Shown: piece after piece, positions 23,961 through 37,225 of the stretch | Layout: every line of letters begins with the position of its first letter | Position numbering within the stretch: position 1 is the first letter of the stretch | From: Utricularia gibba | Lineage: Eukaryota; Plantae; Magnoliophyta | Direction of reading: 5' to 3' | NCBI GenBank assembly: GCA_002189035.1 | Contig: NEEC01000011.1 | Location: 1,550,001 to 1,614,000 of the forward strand | DNA: 64,000 nt | Made by a program: the position numbers and the translations under genes | Notes under the pieces: generated by a model | What the model was told of the DNA's origin: nothing | The model's database searches: none | What the model saw: only the letters and a program-made list of their open reading frames with translations

Positions 23961-26900
23961 GTAATCAAACAAGCAACAAGAAATTCAAAAAAAATCAAAG
24001 CATGTTTCGAATTCCAGCTTCCGGAGTTTATAAAGGGAATATTACTCGGCCTCCTCTTTCGAGAATATTCCTGCGGCATATCACTATTGCGTAGGCCCAA
24101 TTAAAAATTAAGGAGACGATTCACGATTAACATAATTAAAATTGAGATTATTAAAATTAGAATTTAAATAAAGGCAAAATATTGTCTTTAGTATTAGAAT
24201 TTTTTTTGCATATAATTTCGATATAAGGAAATCACGTCAAAAAATTCTAACGTTGATAAACTTAATAATTAATATAAATTATATATTTCGTCTCAATTAA
24301 TAAAATCGATATTCAACATTCTACGTATCCATTATTTGAATGATGTTTCAACATAATTAACCCCTAATTTTATATTCTAAACGTTTTTTTATTCTTCATT
24401 ATTTGAATGTTGAACATAATTAATTTTCACTATTCAATAAACTAATCATAATGATTTGAGGGTCAAAACTAATTATAACTTATCAAAATAATTTTTTTAA
24501 AAAAAACTGTCTAAAAACACAATTTAGGAGTAAATTTTTTTAACGATGACGATTTTTTTTAAAAAATTATATTTTACAATAATTTAAAACGATAAAGACT
24601 TTTATTTTTTTATCACTAGAAATCAATCCTTAATTAAAAATTTTTGATTGAGTGTATGTAAGAAAATGTGGTTACTTCGGAAGGGGGACGGGGAGTCGTG
24701 CATGTGATGCTTATCTTTAGAACGAAATGCGCAATAAATTTATGCCATTGTTAAGACAAGAACGAGAATCCGGTGAAAAATAGAATATCCTATTTTTTAA
24801 TATGAATTGGTTGGATCGATAATATTTTTTTGTTTAGAAAAAAATATGCAATTGATTAGACATTCATGAACATGATCTTGTGCCCCTTTATTGATTGTTT
24901 TTTTTTGTTTTGGAACAAGTTGGTCATGAACAACTGTACATTTCGGTTTGATAGCACGTCGTTACTTGTCTCTGTTTGTATTTAAGAATCGTACCCCATT
25001 AAAATTTTTTATTTTTTATTGAACGACAGAGACACATTTCGCTATTTTTTTATGTTTTCGTGTTATTAAAATAATCTGGACATTTTCTGCCGGTGCATCG
25101 GCCTAAAGCGTTTTGGGGGGCATATATTTCAGATTGCGGGCATCCGGCCCATAGTTTAACCCAATGGGTTGAGTTTGAGTCATAATCCGGGTCTCGTTTT
25201 CATACACCAAACAATCACATAATGAAAAAATCAAAGTAATATAATTAAATATATAATAAATTACGAATCACTAATAAATGAGAGTGAAGTTAATATTTTC
25301 GAATGAAATTCATGTTTATTATGTACTTAAACTTTAAATTTTGTGTGTTTTTAATTTCAACAGGGGCAATGAAATCCCAGCACGTGCAGCGGAGTCCCTA
25401 ATTCGGTCCAACCGAGCACAATAAGAATGCTTGCCGCCGGCGGATGTCCTCCTGGGCAGGGCATCTTCTTCCTGGAGAGGAAGGTGCAAAGCAATATATT
25501 CTTTCTTTTTTCCTTTTCTGTGTACGCGACGCACGAAATGCATAAATGGGTTGGAACAAATTCCCCAATACATTGTCTTGTTATGTTCCTTTTCATTTCT
25601 TTTGATTCCCTTAGAATTTTATGATCAATCATGTATATTTGAAATATGTTCATCTCTCTCCATCAAAATTTGTTTATCATAAAAAATTTCATTGCAAAAT
25701 AAAAAAATTTATATGCCTAATTAAAAGACTGTATTATTTCATAAAATTTCATTACAATATTTATTTCTTTTAAATTGATATATAGAAGATGATCATTTTA
25801 CAATGAAATTTTTTAGGATAATCATCTTTCAAATTTTGGTGGAGTGATTTGCCCATGTTTCAAATTGGCCCGATTAATAATTGGATACCACTAAAAATTA
25901 TGCATGATGATTTAATTAATAATGTATTTGAATGATTCGTATTTAAATAGCATAATTTATTTTAGTAAAAAGATTTTGTAAATATGTTTGAGCTTTATTT
26001 ACTTATTTAAAATATACAAAAAACTAAACCGAAAAAAAGTATGACACGAGCAATGTCAATTTGTTAAAGGATACACACGATCACGGGTTAACAAATTCAT
26101 ATGATGTACATAATTGTGTAATTAAATATGATAATAAGAGTGCGTGTCGGACATTGATTTATAATTCGATGGGAAAACCGATTAGCCAACAGGCCAACTG
26201 AACCGCTGGTAACATCCATCTCTGATCCATTTTCTGTCGTCTTAGGGCCTACGCAGCGACCTGTCGGTAGTAATAATACATTAGATACAGTCTCGTTCAA
26301 ACAAAGCGACGAAATCTCCTCAGTTGCCTGAATAACACGCCCCAGGAAGTGATTGGGTGCCGTACCAGAAAGTCATCGCCCCTCTTCTCCCACGCCATCA
26401 TCAGTTAGGAATACGTTTCATTACCAGACGTATCCACTTTGGTGACGTGCCCCGCAGAATAAACAATTCATGACGGGGAGTGGGTGGGTTTTCCCATTAT
26501 CCTTTGACTTTGATCGGGTTTGGACCCGATTCGACAACGAGAGATTAGAACCCAAGAAAAGGTGAACGGAAGACAAGGGTTGGTCCGCGGTCGGATTCTA
26601 TCCACTATTTAATATTCTTTATACACGGTTTGAAGTCCCTGCTTCCAGAAACTAGGGTCGCTTTTTCTCACCAAGAAAAAGAAAAAAGAATTCAAGTTTG
26701 CACCTTTTATTCCCCACCCGTCATGGAAACCCTGTGTGTGTGTTTGGACTAATGCGAAAGAAACCCGTCATCTTGTACTACTTACTCCCTTTGTTTCAAT
26801 TATTACAGTAGTTTAATTAAAAAGTAGAAGTTATAACACATACAACTCTTAATGTATAGTCCATATGATTTATTTGTTGACTTATGATTTAAAGGATAAG

Positions 26901-28933
26901 TTCAAATTAATTATTATATACTATCTCAACTTTTAATTATCTATAATTTTTACTTCACCTCTACTTATTTTAAATTTACCAATATTTTTACTTAAAACCT
27001 AACATATTTTATTAGTTAAGTTTATTTTACTTATCAAAATAAGTCACCAACTTTTTCAATAAATACTGTATAGACCATAACTAGTTATTTGAATTCTAAT
27101 TATCTAATAATTTATAAATATAAATTAATTAGAATTTATAAAACAAATCGTAAAAAATATACCCTTAGTTCTTCAATAATTAGAAGTTCAAAGTGTTAAT
27201 CATCCCATTGAAGATATAGATGCACTTGGACAGCACCGGCCCTCGTTCAACATTAGTGGGGTTGATACCTCAGATCATATCTTTGAAATGGATAAAGAAG
27301 AGGACTAAGCACATATTTGACATTCATGGCTACTTAGAGCTTCTTAATAACTAGAGCTTGATCAAACTGCCACATCATACAACTTGTGTGACACATTTTA
27401 AACCCTTGTTTTAAAAATATAATTAAAAATTATATTTTAAGAATCAAATACTTCTACAATTATAAAATTCCCTTTCTATATTTTAACTATACTTATAAAT
27501 TAATTAAAAACATTAATATATGCTTAATCATATTTAATTGCTTCCCATTTACATGTAGATGATGATAATGTTTTTTATGAATATTTTGATTTTAAGTTTC
27601 AAAATTCATCTTTGGAAAATTTTTTCTAATAAAATAAAATTTGAATTTTTATATCTTATTAAAGATGATAAAGAAATTTTCCATATTGCTTACTTTTTTG
27701 AAATATAATTTAATCGTATTTATTAAAAAAAACTAGTTTTATAGTATATTTATAAAAGAAGAAAATATTACGAGCAAATCCTAAAAATATTGCAAAAATT
27801 TTATTGAATTTATTACATTTTCATCTTAATAATTAAATAAAGATTAATTACAAAAATTATATTATTTGCTTTTTACGTATTTCAAAAATATGTTTGTAAT
27901 TAGTCATTTAAAATTTATAATATATAATTTATTCTGTTAAATAATGTAATATAATTTTATACTAAGTCACAAAATAGTTTAGTAATCTCATAATTTATTC
28001 TATTTATTTAATATTAAACTTAATTATATTTTATATAATTAAAAACACAAATTTAAAATGTAGAACATGCCTTAGTTTCCACCGGGGTGGGTATGTATCC
28101 CAATCCTATGTATGTATAGTCGTCGAAATGTTCGGTCAACTTTTTTATGATATTTCAAAATCAATTTGGAATTTTCAAGACGATTTATTGAATATTTAAA
28201 TTCGTAATAATTTAGGATTCCGTGGTGAAGGGACCGGAACCCGCTCACATGTGCGGTGCAATAAAACAAGGGAGGGTTTCGGTGTGGCCCACCGTAACTG
28301 ACTCCGGACTCCAACTCCAATTCCATTCCGCTTAATAGTCCGGAATTCAAATATTCTTCCACCAAATTCTTTAATAAAGAACAAAATCGAAGAAAAGCAA
28401 AAGTCGAGTGCAAGAAATCTCCCGCTTACATTTTTCTAGAAAAAGCCATGTTTTGATTTCTTGTGTGAAAATATCTCGATGCGCCCGGTCCATCCTGTCC
28501 TTGTTTAACCCTTGATTTTTATTTCCAATTAATAAAATTAGCTTTTATTTTTATTTTTTGGGGGCACATCAAATCATGGGATGGCTCGTGTTCAATTAAA
28601 TTAATGACCGTGCCGACAGCGTGCAATTTATGTATGTATAATGAATGAATTTTGTAGTAAAATATTAAAATAATTTGTGGCGAACAATATAAATTGATGT
28701 GATAAATCAGAATTATTAGAAATGATTTTAAAAATTAAAAAATGCTAACCAACCCTAACTCCCATCCAACCTGATTGAAACGCCGCAAAGGGGCGGAGAA
28801 AAGTAGGGGGGAGGCGAGACGATAGACACACGTCAAGGCTAAGGCATATGCCGTGTGGTGTGGACCCCACTTCCACCATGTCGCTTTCACCCGTCTCCCT
28901 GCCATCCCCGATTCCCGAATTGCTTTTCGCTAC

Positions 28934-28940
28934 TATAAAT
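28934..28940 (+). promoter_or_regulatory. TATA box of the At1g13360-like gene
   Basis: CTATAAATA about 90 bp upstream of the ATG at 29031, downstream of an ACACGT element (~28828). Confidence 0.55.
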
Positions 28941-29030
28941 ACTCAATTCTTCAGCCCACCGGCGTTTCCCATACTTTCCGTCGACGGAATTCCCTCCGGC
29001 GATTCTCTGATCATCTTATAGGTTTCTGAA

Positions 29031-29562
29031 ATGGAGTCCTCGAGCGAGAGAAAACGTGTGAGAGATTTGGAAGAGGAGACGGTGCCGCCAGAGGCGAAAC
29101 GATTGCGAGAGAATATTCTCGAAGATTTAGATACGGAGGCGGAGGAAGTCACGGCTGCGGCGGACGAACTCGATCGCTTCGTCGAAAGCTTTGAAAGGGA
29201 GATTACGGCCGCGGAGGTTGTGGATCTGACGTCTGAGAACGGCGAATCTGCGTCAGATCTGTGTTACTTGTTGGGAGCGTCGGACGACGAGCTCGGACTG
29301 CCGCCGACGGCCGATTCTTCTCCGATTGTACTTGATAGGAGTTACGGCTTCGAGGAGGATGAGGTTGGTTTCGATGCGTCGGTTTTCGCGGGCGAGGTTT
29401 GGGATGCGGATTCGTTCGGTTTTGGGTTCGGATACGGGTTGGGGAACCTGTGGATGGTTCAGAGTTCGAATACGTGGCCTTAGATGGGCTGTTCGATTAT
29501 TCGGATATGGGTATCAGGTCGGGTGATGGGTTCGTAGATCCGAGACTCTGCCGGCCCGATAG
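29031..29562 (+). CDS. Uncharacterised acidic plant protein (At1g13360/At3g25870-like), intronless, ~177 aa after correcting two 1-nt frameshifts
   Basis: RKRVRD...PEAKRLR, LDRFVESFEREI and DLCYLLGASDDELGLPP in the track ORF. The family C-terminal motifs EYVALDGLFDYSD and RSETLPAR* continue in two successive shifted frames, ending at TAG 29560-29562. Confidence 0.85.
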
Positions 29563-31863
29563 TCGTTAGAATTTGTCAAATATCGATTACCAAACGTGCA
29601 GCACAGCATGAGGGAATACTCCTAAATATAGAATCTCTTTATTTGTTCTATCTCTATTTTTTTTCATTTCGATTTAAGTCAATTACATTAGCTAATTACC
29701 AAATATGTTGTTTAACTATATTATTTCTACTTGAAAACAACTTGACCTGAGTAGTTTTCATGTGATAACCGAACAAATATATATCTATAAATAGAGTAAC
29801 CTCATTAGTCATTACTAAATAAAATTTTTATTTATAGTATATTAAATACTATTTTATCTTAATTAATATATATTAATTTTGAATTTTTTGAAAATTGATA
29901 ATTCAAATTAGTTATTAAGACAATTTTTATTTAATATTTAATTAATAATTAAACGCAAGCCTATATATTAGTTAATTGTATAGTACAAAATAATATGTTA
30001 TCGTTTTTCATTCCAGTTATCAATTTTTTTTTCTCATGGTTTATTTTTCATATTTTATAAAAACTCGCTTTGATACTCAAAAATAATTTTATTAAATTTA
30101 ACTATTATTAAATATTATAAAATATTAACTATTTTGATTTTTTTATAAAAAAATTTGTTTAATTATTATTATTATTAATTGAATAAATTTTATATAAATT
30201 TAATAACATAAAATTTGTATTAATAATTAAATATGTTGTGAACGATATTTTTAGTATGTGATAGATAACGTAAGAATGATCATATATATAAATGACGTAT
30301 AAAATGTAAATAATTTACTAGGGGTAATGGGTTGTCACTCATTTGAGATTTTTCGAAGACTTGGAGATCGATTTTGGCAAATTTATTTATCTAATAAAAC
30401 GATGATAATGGAAAAGAAAAATTAAACGAAATAAAAGATATTTTCATATTAACTGCGAAATGCCTTTCAATTCGGCATCCCATGTGGCATGGGCACATGA
30501 GGTGGTGTCATGATTTCATTTGTGTCATCTGTCGATGAACCTCCATTGTGACCAAACCAAACTACATGGGGCAGTGTGTCGGGGACATGTTATTAAATGA
30601 ATAATGCACACGTTACACGTATGTTATGAATTTAAAATTATGATGATCGTTGTAACATATAAATTGCTAGTTTTTTTTAATAAAAGGGTTTATTATAGCA
30701 ACATATAAGTTGCTGGCTTTGTAGCCTGATATCAACCACCATCATCACATTTTTTAAAGTGGTGAATTTTGTATTATTATTATTATTAAAAAAATTTGAA
30801 GCCAATTTTTATTTTATGATAAGAAAAGATAAATTAGGTACATCACGCTATTTATTTTTACTTTTAGTTTTTTCTAAAATTAATTTAAAAAATTTCTCTC
30901 ATTTATCATATCTTGTCAAAACTCTCATCATTCTTGTCATTTCATGTAACATGTATGTTTTTAGTTTTATATTTATTTATAGTTAAGTAGTTGAATTAAA
31001 TTTAAACACGACAATTAGGTTTGGTTATCACACAATTAAAGGTTTTGTTTTCAAATCTGAAAATGGGGAGTTTCTTTTGGTGTTAAACTTGTTGGAAATT
31101 TGAGAAATTTTGTCAAATTGTTTTGTTTGCTATTTGTTTGCATGGAATATCTTTTTTTATTATTATTTGGATGTTTGATAAACTGAAATTGAATATATAT
31201 TTGCATTATTTATTTTTATTGTATTTGTTGGTTGTTTGTTTGTTAAGTAACAATATTGAAGTAAAAATATGGCTGTTTCTAATGGAAAAAGGAAGAAGAT
31301 TATGCCATCCATCTAACAAAATATAAATAAGTTATGCCACTAAAATTTTCTTTTTTGAGATTCAAGCACAATTGAGATTTTCTTGCAACTTGACATAAAA
31401 GAGGTAGACAAAAGAGGATTAGTGCATTACATGGAGAACCAGATGCAAGTGTATCATCAAAGTAAAAAATGAAATCTCTCATAGATTTGAGATTCTTCAT
31501 TTTGAATCTTTGTCAAATGAAAAATTTATTAGAATTAATAATTCATATTTCAACTTGAAATTAAATAGTGAAATATATAATAAATTATAAATCAATATTA
31601 ATTGACAAGTTTAATGTTTTCTAATGTGATTCACATTTTCTTATATATTTGAATTTGACATTTACTTGTTCAACCAATTAAATTTTTAATTTCAATAAAA
31701 TCAATATCTCAATGGTAACACTCGAAACCCAACCAACAATTTAAGTCTGTATTTTTATCACATATATGGGGGAAATGAAGGCTCCTTTGTTGTTTTTCTT
31801 TTTTTTTATCATGGGTAACAACATGGATCTCTTTCTATTGTTCAGGTAAAGATGAGTAATGTT

Positions 31864-32245
31864 TGTTGAGACAAATCGATTGGATGACTATCCAAGGTGT
31901 GATGTATAAACTGAAGCGAAAGAAGGAAAGGGGGAGAAGACGAAGATTTCTCCTTTCTGAAGATTGTACCTATCATTCTGGTGTGAACTAGGCCGATTAC
32001 TTTGATCATATGGGCTGCAATGTTCTATTTTCTAATGTTCTTCTTGTTGGGCCTATATAATAGCTCAAACATTAGGTATTTAAATAACAATATTGTAGAA
32101 GTAAACTTTTATTGTTTTGTTTTCTTCATGTAGAAGCGATGATGGTTTATTCTGGCTTCAATTCTTCTTATTTTTCTCTTGTGCTTGGTGCAAATGTTAA
32201 TGTTGATTCATTGCTCATATTTACATTCTGCACACTACATCTACA
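31864..32245 (+). repeat. 5' LTR of the copia element, followed by the tRNA-Met(i) PBS at 32246-32257
   Basis: Starts TGTTG, ends TACA, followed directly by TGGTACCAGAGC (canonical TGGTATCAGAGC); collinear with the 3' LTR. Confidence 0.85.
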
Positions 32246-35200
32246 TGGTACCAGAGCTGTAAAACATGTGGGGTGCAAAGCTAACAACTCTCATTTTATC
32301 TATTATTGTTTGGAAGTGTTTGTTTATTATTAATTGGAAATTATCTGTTGAAAGATGGTGATATATCTGTTTGGAGAACCATCGTATTTGAATATAAATC
32401 TGTGAAGTTTATCACAAATACATATGACACTTAGTTCAAGGGTTATAATTCCACTACCCATATTTGATGGAACCGAATATTATCAATGGGTTCTTCATAT
32501 GACTAACTATCTGAAGACCAAGGAGCTATGGTGGCTTGTTGAAAGAGAGCTTGAATCACTATGGCTTGATAAACCTGCTACACTAGAGCAAATTGTAGCA
32601 TTTGAGAAATATGATTTAAACATGACTACTGGAGTGTGTATTTTGTTTCAAGGACTCACCAAGGACATGTTCAACAAAGTGGAGTACATGACCCTCAAAC
32701 AAATATGGGACAAGTGGAAAGAACTCTATGAGGCAGGCGACTAGTTGAGAATGGTGAATTGCAAAAGCTTGCTCGAAGACTTTGAGAGAATCAAAATGCT
32801 TCCAAATGTATCAATTCAATAATTCTATGAAGTAACATCAAAGATGGTGAGTGATATACTAGCCTTAGTTGGTGATTTGAAGGAAGTAAAAGTGGTTGAA
32901 TGAGTTATGATGAGTATACTGCAACATTTTGAGCTACAACTATGCAATATTGAAGTAGTAGAAGAAATGAAAAAGTTATTTGGAAACAAGATTGAACTTA
33001 CCTATAATGGGTAAACTTCAGTTTTCTGAAAAACGAATTGGTTTGAGAGAACTGGATGCAAATGACATACCCAGAGAGGAAGTTGCTTTGATGACTCGAG
33101 GTGCAAGACCCTACACCAAGAATTCTAAACCTAAAAGATAGGCAACAATTGAAAGCAACGGATCATTAGAAGGGCAAATAAAGTTCTTTTCTGAAGAATA
33201 GTGCCAAGCTTGTGGAAAAAAAAAAATAACATATGCATGCTATACTAAGAAAGTAAATGCATATATGAAGTGTAGTAAAGTCATGCATCTATTAGATTTC
33301 TACTGGTGGCACTCTGATAAGACGTGCAATAAGCGTAAAAGACAAGGACACACTGAGAGAGTATATGTCCAAATATAGGAAACCATAACAACACCAAAGT
33401 GGGAGAAAAGGAACATCAGTCAACCTCCTTCACATATTATGAGGAGGAAAAAGAAATATTTATATACAATGCATCCGATGCGGCTTTAATGACTACACAT
33501 GAAAAAATTGAATGGTGGTTTTTAGATGGTTGCGCTTCACAACACATGTGTAATGATGTAAAGTTTTTAACTGATCTATGGGAATAGAATACCTGGAAAT
33601 GTGGTAGGCTCTATAGGATACATGACAAAAATTTTGGGAAAAATAGCAATACAACTATCAATAAAAAATGGCCTTATACCCATCGACAATGTATGCTATG
33701 CTTCACACCTGGCACAAAATTTCTTAAGTTGGGGCGAGCTAAAACAACAAGGTTTTTTTTTTTTGAATAGCAAAACAATAGTGTTTTAGTGAAATTACCG
33801 AAAAAGGTATAATTCTTCATTACTCAAATTATTGAGAGCAATCTATTCAAGATCAACACTTATGAGTTCTATCATGGTTTTTTTCAGATCATGATTTAGT
33901 GTTATGGCACATGCGATTTGAGCACTATAGTATACCAAACCTCAAGATTCTGCAAAAAAAAAAAAGGTGAATTCAAGGAATTCTCTCATATTAAACTAAC
34001 TAACATAGTGTGTCTAGTATGCTAAAAGGGAAAACAAGCGAGATAACCTTTTAAGCTCAACGACAATAGATCAATGAAAAAGCTGGAGCTAATTCACATG
34101 GATGTTTATGGATCATTTAAAGAACTTTCGTTTGGAGGAAGTAAGTACTTTATACTCTTTGAGCCATTAATGTTGGGTTTATTTCATGAATTCGAAGTCT
34201 CAAACTTATGATATTTTTAGAAAATTCAGAGCTATAGTTGAAAAAAAAAAGTATGAAAATGATAAAAAAAAAATTGAGTTCAAATAATGTAGGAGAATAC
34301 CTCTCAAGTTTCTTAAAGGGCTTATGTGAAAAGAAATGTATTTTGCATAATCTGAGTGCTCCTTACACACCAAAACAAAACAGAGCTAGTGAACATAAAA
34401 ATAGGACGATTCTAGAAATGTTGCGATGCTTATTGATTTAAAAAAAATCTTCCATTAGGTTTTTGGGCTGAAGCACTTAGCACTGCTGTGTTTGTATTGA
34501 ATGTCTTAATTTCTAGAGCCCTGTAAAATATGATATCTTATGAATTGTCGCATGAAAAAAAACTCTCTATAGCCTTAAACAAGCGCCATGAGCATGAAAC
34601 AATAGAATTAATGGTTTCTTATCAAGGAATGGGTTCAATAGGATGAAAGGAGATCACATGTTGTACTACAAACATATCAATGGAGTATACATTTACTTGA
34701 GCATTTATGTAGATAATTTTATCATTAACTCAAAAAATGATTGTGCAGTCAATGATTTCAAAAAAATGTTGATAATTGAATTTTAAATGAAAGACATGGT
34801 ATTGATGCATCATTTTTTAGGAATGGAAATTCATCAAAAGGAAGGTATAGGAATTTTTATTTTGCAAGAAAATATTGATAAAACAAGGTATGCCAGAATT
34901 AAATGCTACCAAAACTCTCTTAGATTGCAAAGTTATGGTGAAAACCGATGAAAAGGAAACTAAGGGAGATGCTCATCTCTATCGAAGTATAGTTGGCTCA
35001 TTGATATACTTGACGCACACTAGACCAGACCTATCTTTCAATGTAAATCTCCTATCAAGATACATAAAACAATCAATGATGAGTCATTTGAAGTGTTCAA
35101 AGAAAATGCTTAGGTATGTTTAGGGAACACACAATTTAGGACTCATGTATCCTAATCATGGTGAAGGTAATAACTTATTACTTAAAGTCTATGTCGATAG

Positions 35201-35716
35201 TGACTTTGCGGGATCAAAAGAATTTTAAAGCACATTCAAATTTGTCATCTATTTGAATGAAGCACCTATTTCTTGGTGCACAAAGAAACAAAGTGTGATA
35301 GCTCAATCTATTGCATAGGTAGAATACATATCTATGTGTTATGCTGGAAATCAAAGTGCGTGGCTTAGACAGGTGCTGGAGGAAATTGGGCTTAAGCAAG
35401 AATATAGTACATAATTTTATGTTGACAACAAAGCTGTCATTGCTATAGCTAAGGAACTAATGCATTTTCGAAAAGCGAAACATATCAAAGTCAAATACTA
35501 TGTAATTAGAGACTATGTTAAGCACAAGATCATTTAACTGAGGTACACTAAAAGTGATAAATCAGCATCCTTATATTCTGAGAGACTGATTAAGGATGAA
35601 AAATTTGAGATTTTTAGGTACATTGGAAGACAAAAATTCAAGATTTTTAGTGTGCAATTGGGTCTGATTTAGGAAGAAAAATACGAAAGATTCACCAAGC
35701 CAATTGCTAGGGGAAG

Positions 35717-36036
35717 TGATGGGATGATTCGACTAGATGGATATCCAAGGTGTGATGTAGAAATTGAAGCGAAAGAAGGAAAGTGGCATTAGACGAAGGT
35801 TTTTCCTTTTTGAAGATTGCACCTATCATTTTGTTGTGAATCAGGTCGATTACTTTGGTCATATGGGCTACTATGTTGTGTTTGATTTTGCCTTGCTTGT
35901 TGGGCCTCTGTAATAGCTCAAACATTAGGTATTTATGTAAGGATGTTGTAAAAGTAAATTTGTACTTTTTTGTTTTCTTATATTGTAGCGACGAGGTTTT
36001 ATTGCTCAGATTTACATCCTGCACACTAAATCTACA
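35717..36036 (+). repeat. 3' LTR of the copia element, preceded by the polypurine tract at 35709-35716
   Basis: AGGGGAAG then TGATG...; ends catcctgcacactaaatctaca like the 5' LTR. 9 mismatches in the first 34 aligned bases. Confidence 0.85.
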
Positions 36037-37225
36037 CTGTCATTTCTTCTTTCAAATGCATGGGATTTTCATGTTAATTTACTTTTTTGGTGAATCTCAA
36101 GGAATCATCAAGTCCCTAGCGATGATAAGTTTGTCAGAAATTGGATGCGAGACCTTTTTGTGGTGGGTGTTGGATTGTAAGTTTCTTATATGAATGGTGA
36201 GCCAAATTTTGTTTAATAGATGTTGTATCAGTTGTAATGATGTGGGGAGTTATGTAAAAGAATGAGAATCGCTTTATGATGCAGCTGTAGTGGGCCGCCC
36301 TCTATGGATCGTATAAACAGGCCCACAACCTGCTGGTCTCACTCCAAGAAACCCACCAAACATAACGGTTACCGTTATGAACCCCTGAAGCTGAAGCCGT
36401 GAAGAAAAGCAAGGGAGATTACTAAGAAAACAGAAGAATTCTTTTCTCCGACGCAGCAGAAAAATGAAAGGCTGGAATGAGCTCTCTCTCTCTAACAGAC
36501 TCATCGAGTGAGTTGGAGCGAAATTTTAGTCATTTTTATCAGTTCTGTTTTCGCTATTACCCTGGTACGGGAATGGGGCAGACTATTAATTTGCTGTGTT
36601 TAGCTTCTTGAACCTGATTGGAACTGTGATTGTTCCTGTAATTCTCAAACGTGATAGTGAGTGAAGCTGTTCAGCCTGGTGTGGAGCACCCGACGTTTTT
36701 CCCGGAAGGATTTTCCTGTTAAAATCTTGAAGTTCTATTTTTGTTGCTGTTTAGTTACACGTTGCAGGCGCAAATTCATTCATTCGCCTGAGAGTGTTCT
36801 TACGGATTTGTCTGGTATTGTTAATATCCTATCAGCAGCAACTCTGTGGGTACTGATTTTTGAACACAGAAAATGGTGATTAGTGACACTTCGATGTTCA
36901 ATGCATTCGAATGTCGGCTGCTTGGCTCCATCTCCCTGTATTTTCCTTGTGTTTTCGTAAAATGGTTTGTCAGACTTTGCTATGAATGCTGGTAATTTCC
37001 TCCGCGCTTCTCTTTTTTGTCGCCTGGGTGTACTTTTGAGCGCTTTCCAGGAATGGTTTATGGTTTTCGTCTTTTCTACCACCCCTGTCTCGAAGTAACG
37101 GAAATGGACGGTTTGATTTGGCGGGTGCAGTATAAAAGAAGACGACACAAAACATTCAGTTCACTTCGCTCCTCTTCTTCTTCTTCTTCAACTGGAAGAC
37201 GCAGAGTTCACACACGGTTTCTCTC

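Larger units (their letters stand above)
31864..36036 (+). mobile_element. Old, internally deleted Ty1/copia LTR retrotransposon (non-coding remnant)
   Basis: Two LTRs, PBS and PPT, plus broken gag (PIFDGTEYYQW), protease (WWFLDGCASQHMC), integrase (LELIHMDVYG; APYTPKQN..SEHKNRTILEM), RT (YRSIVGSLIYLTHTRPDL) and RNase H (VYVDSDFAG; KHIKVKYY) in copia order, with many stops and frameshifts. Flanks atgtt/ctgtc may be a decayed 5-bp TSD. Confidence 0.93.

Noticed and set aside
27200-27310. Short acidic frame (DIDALGQHRPSFNISGVDTSDHIFEMDKEED*) suggestive of a hAT transposase tail
   Set aside because: No diagnostic hAT motif; too short and low-complexity to call.
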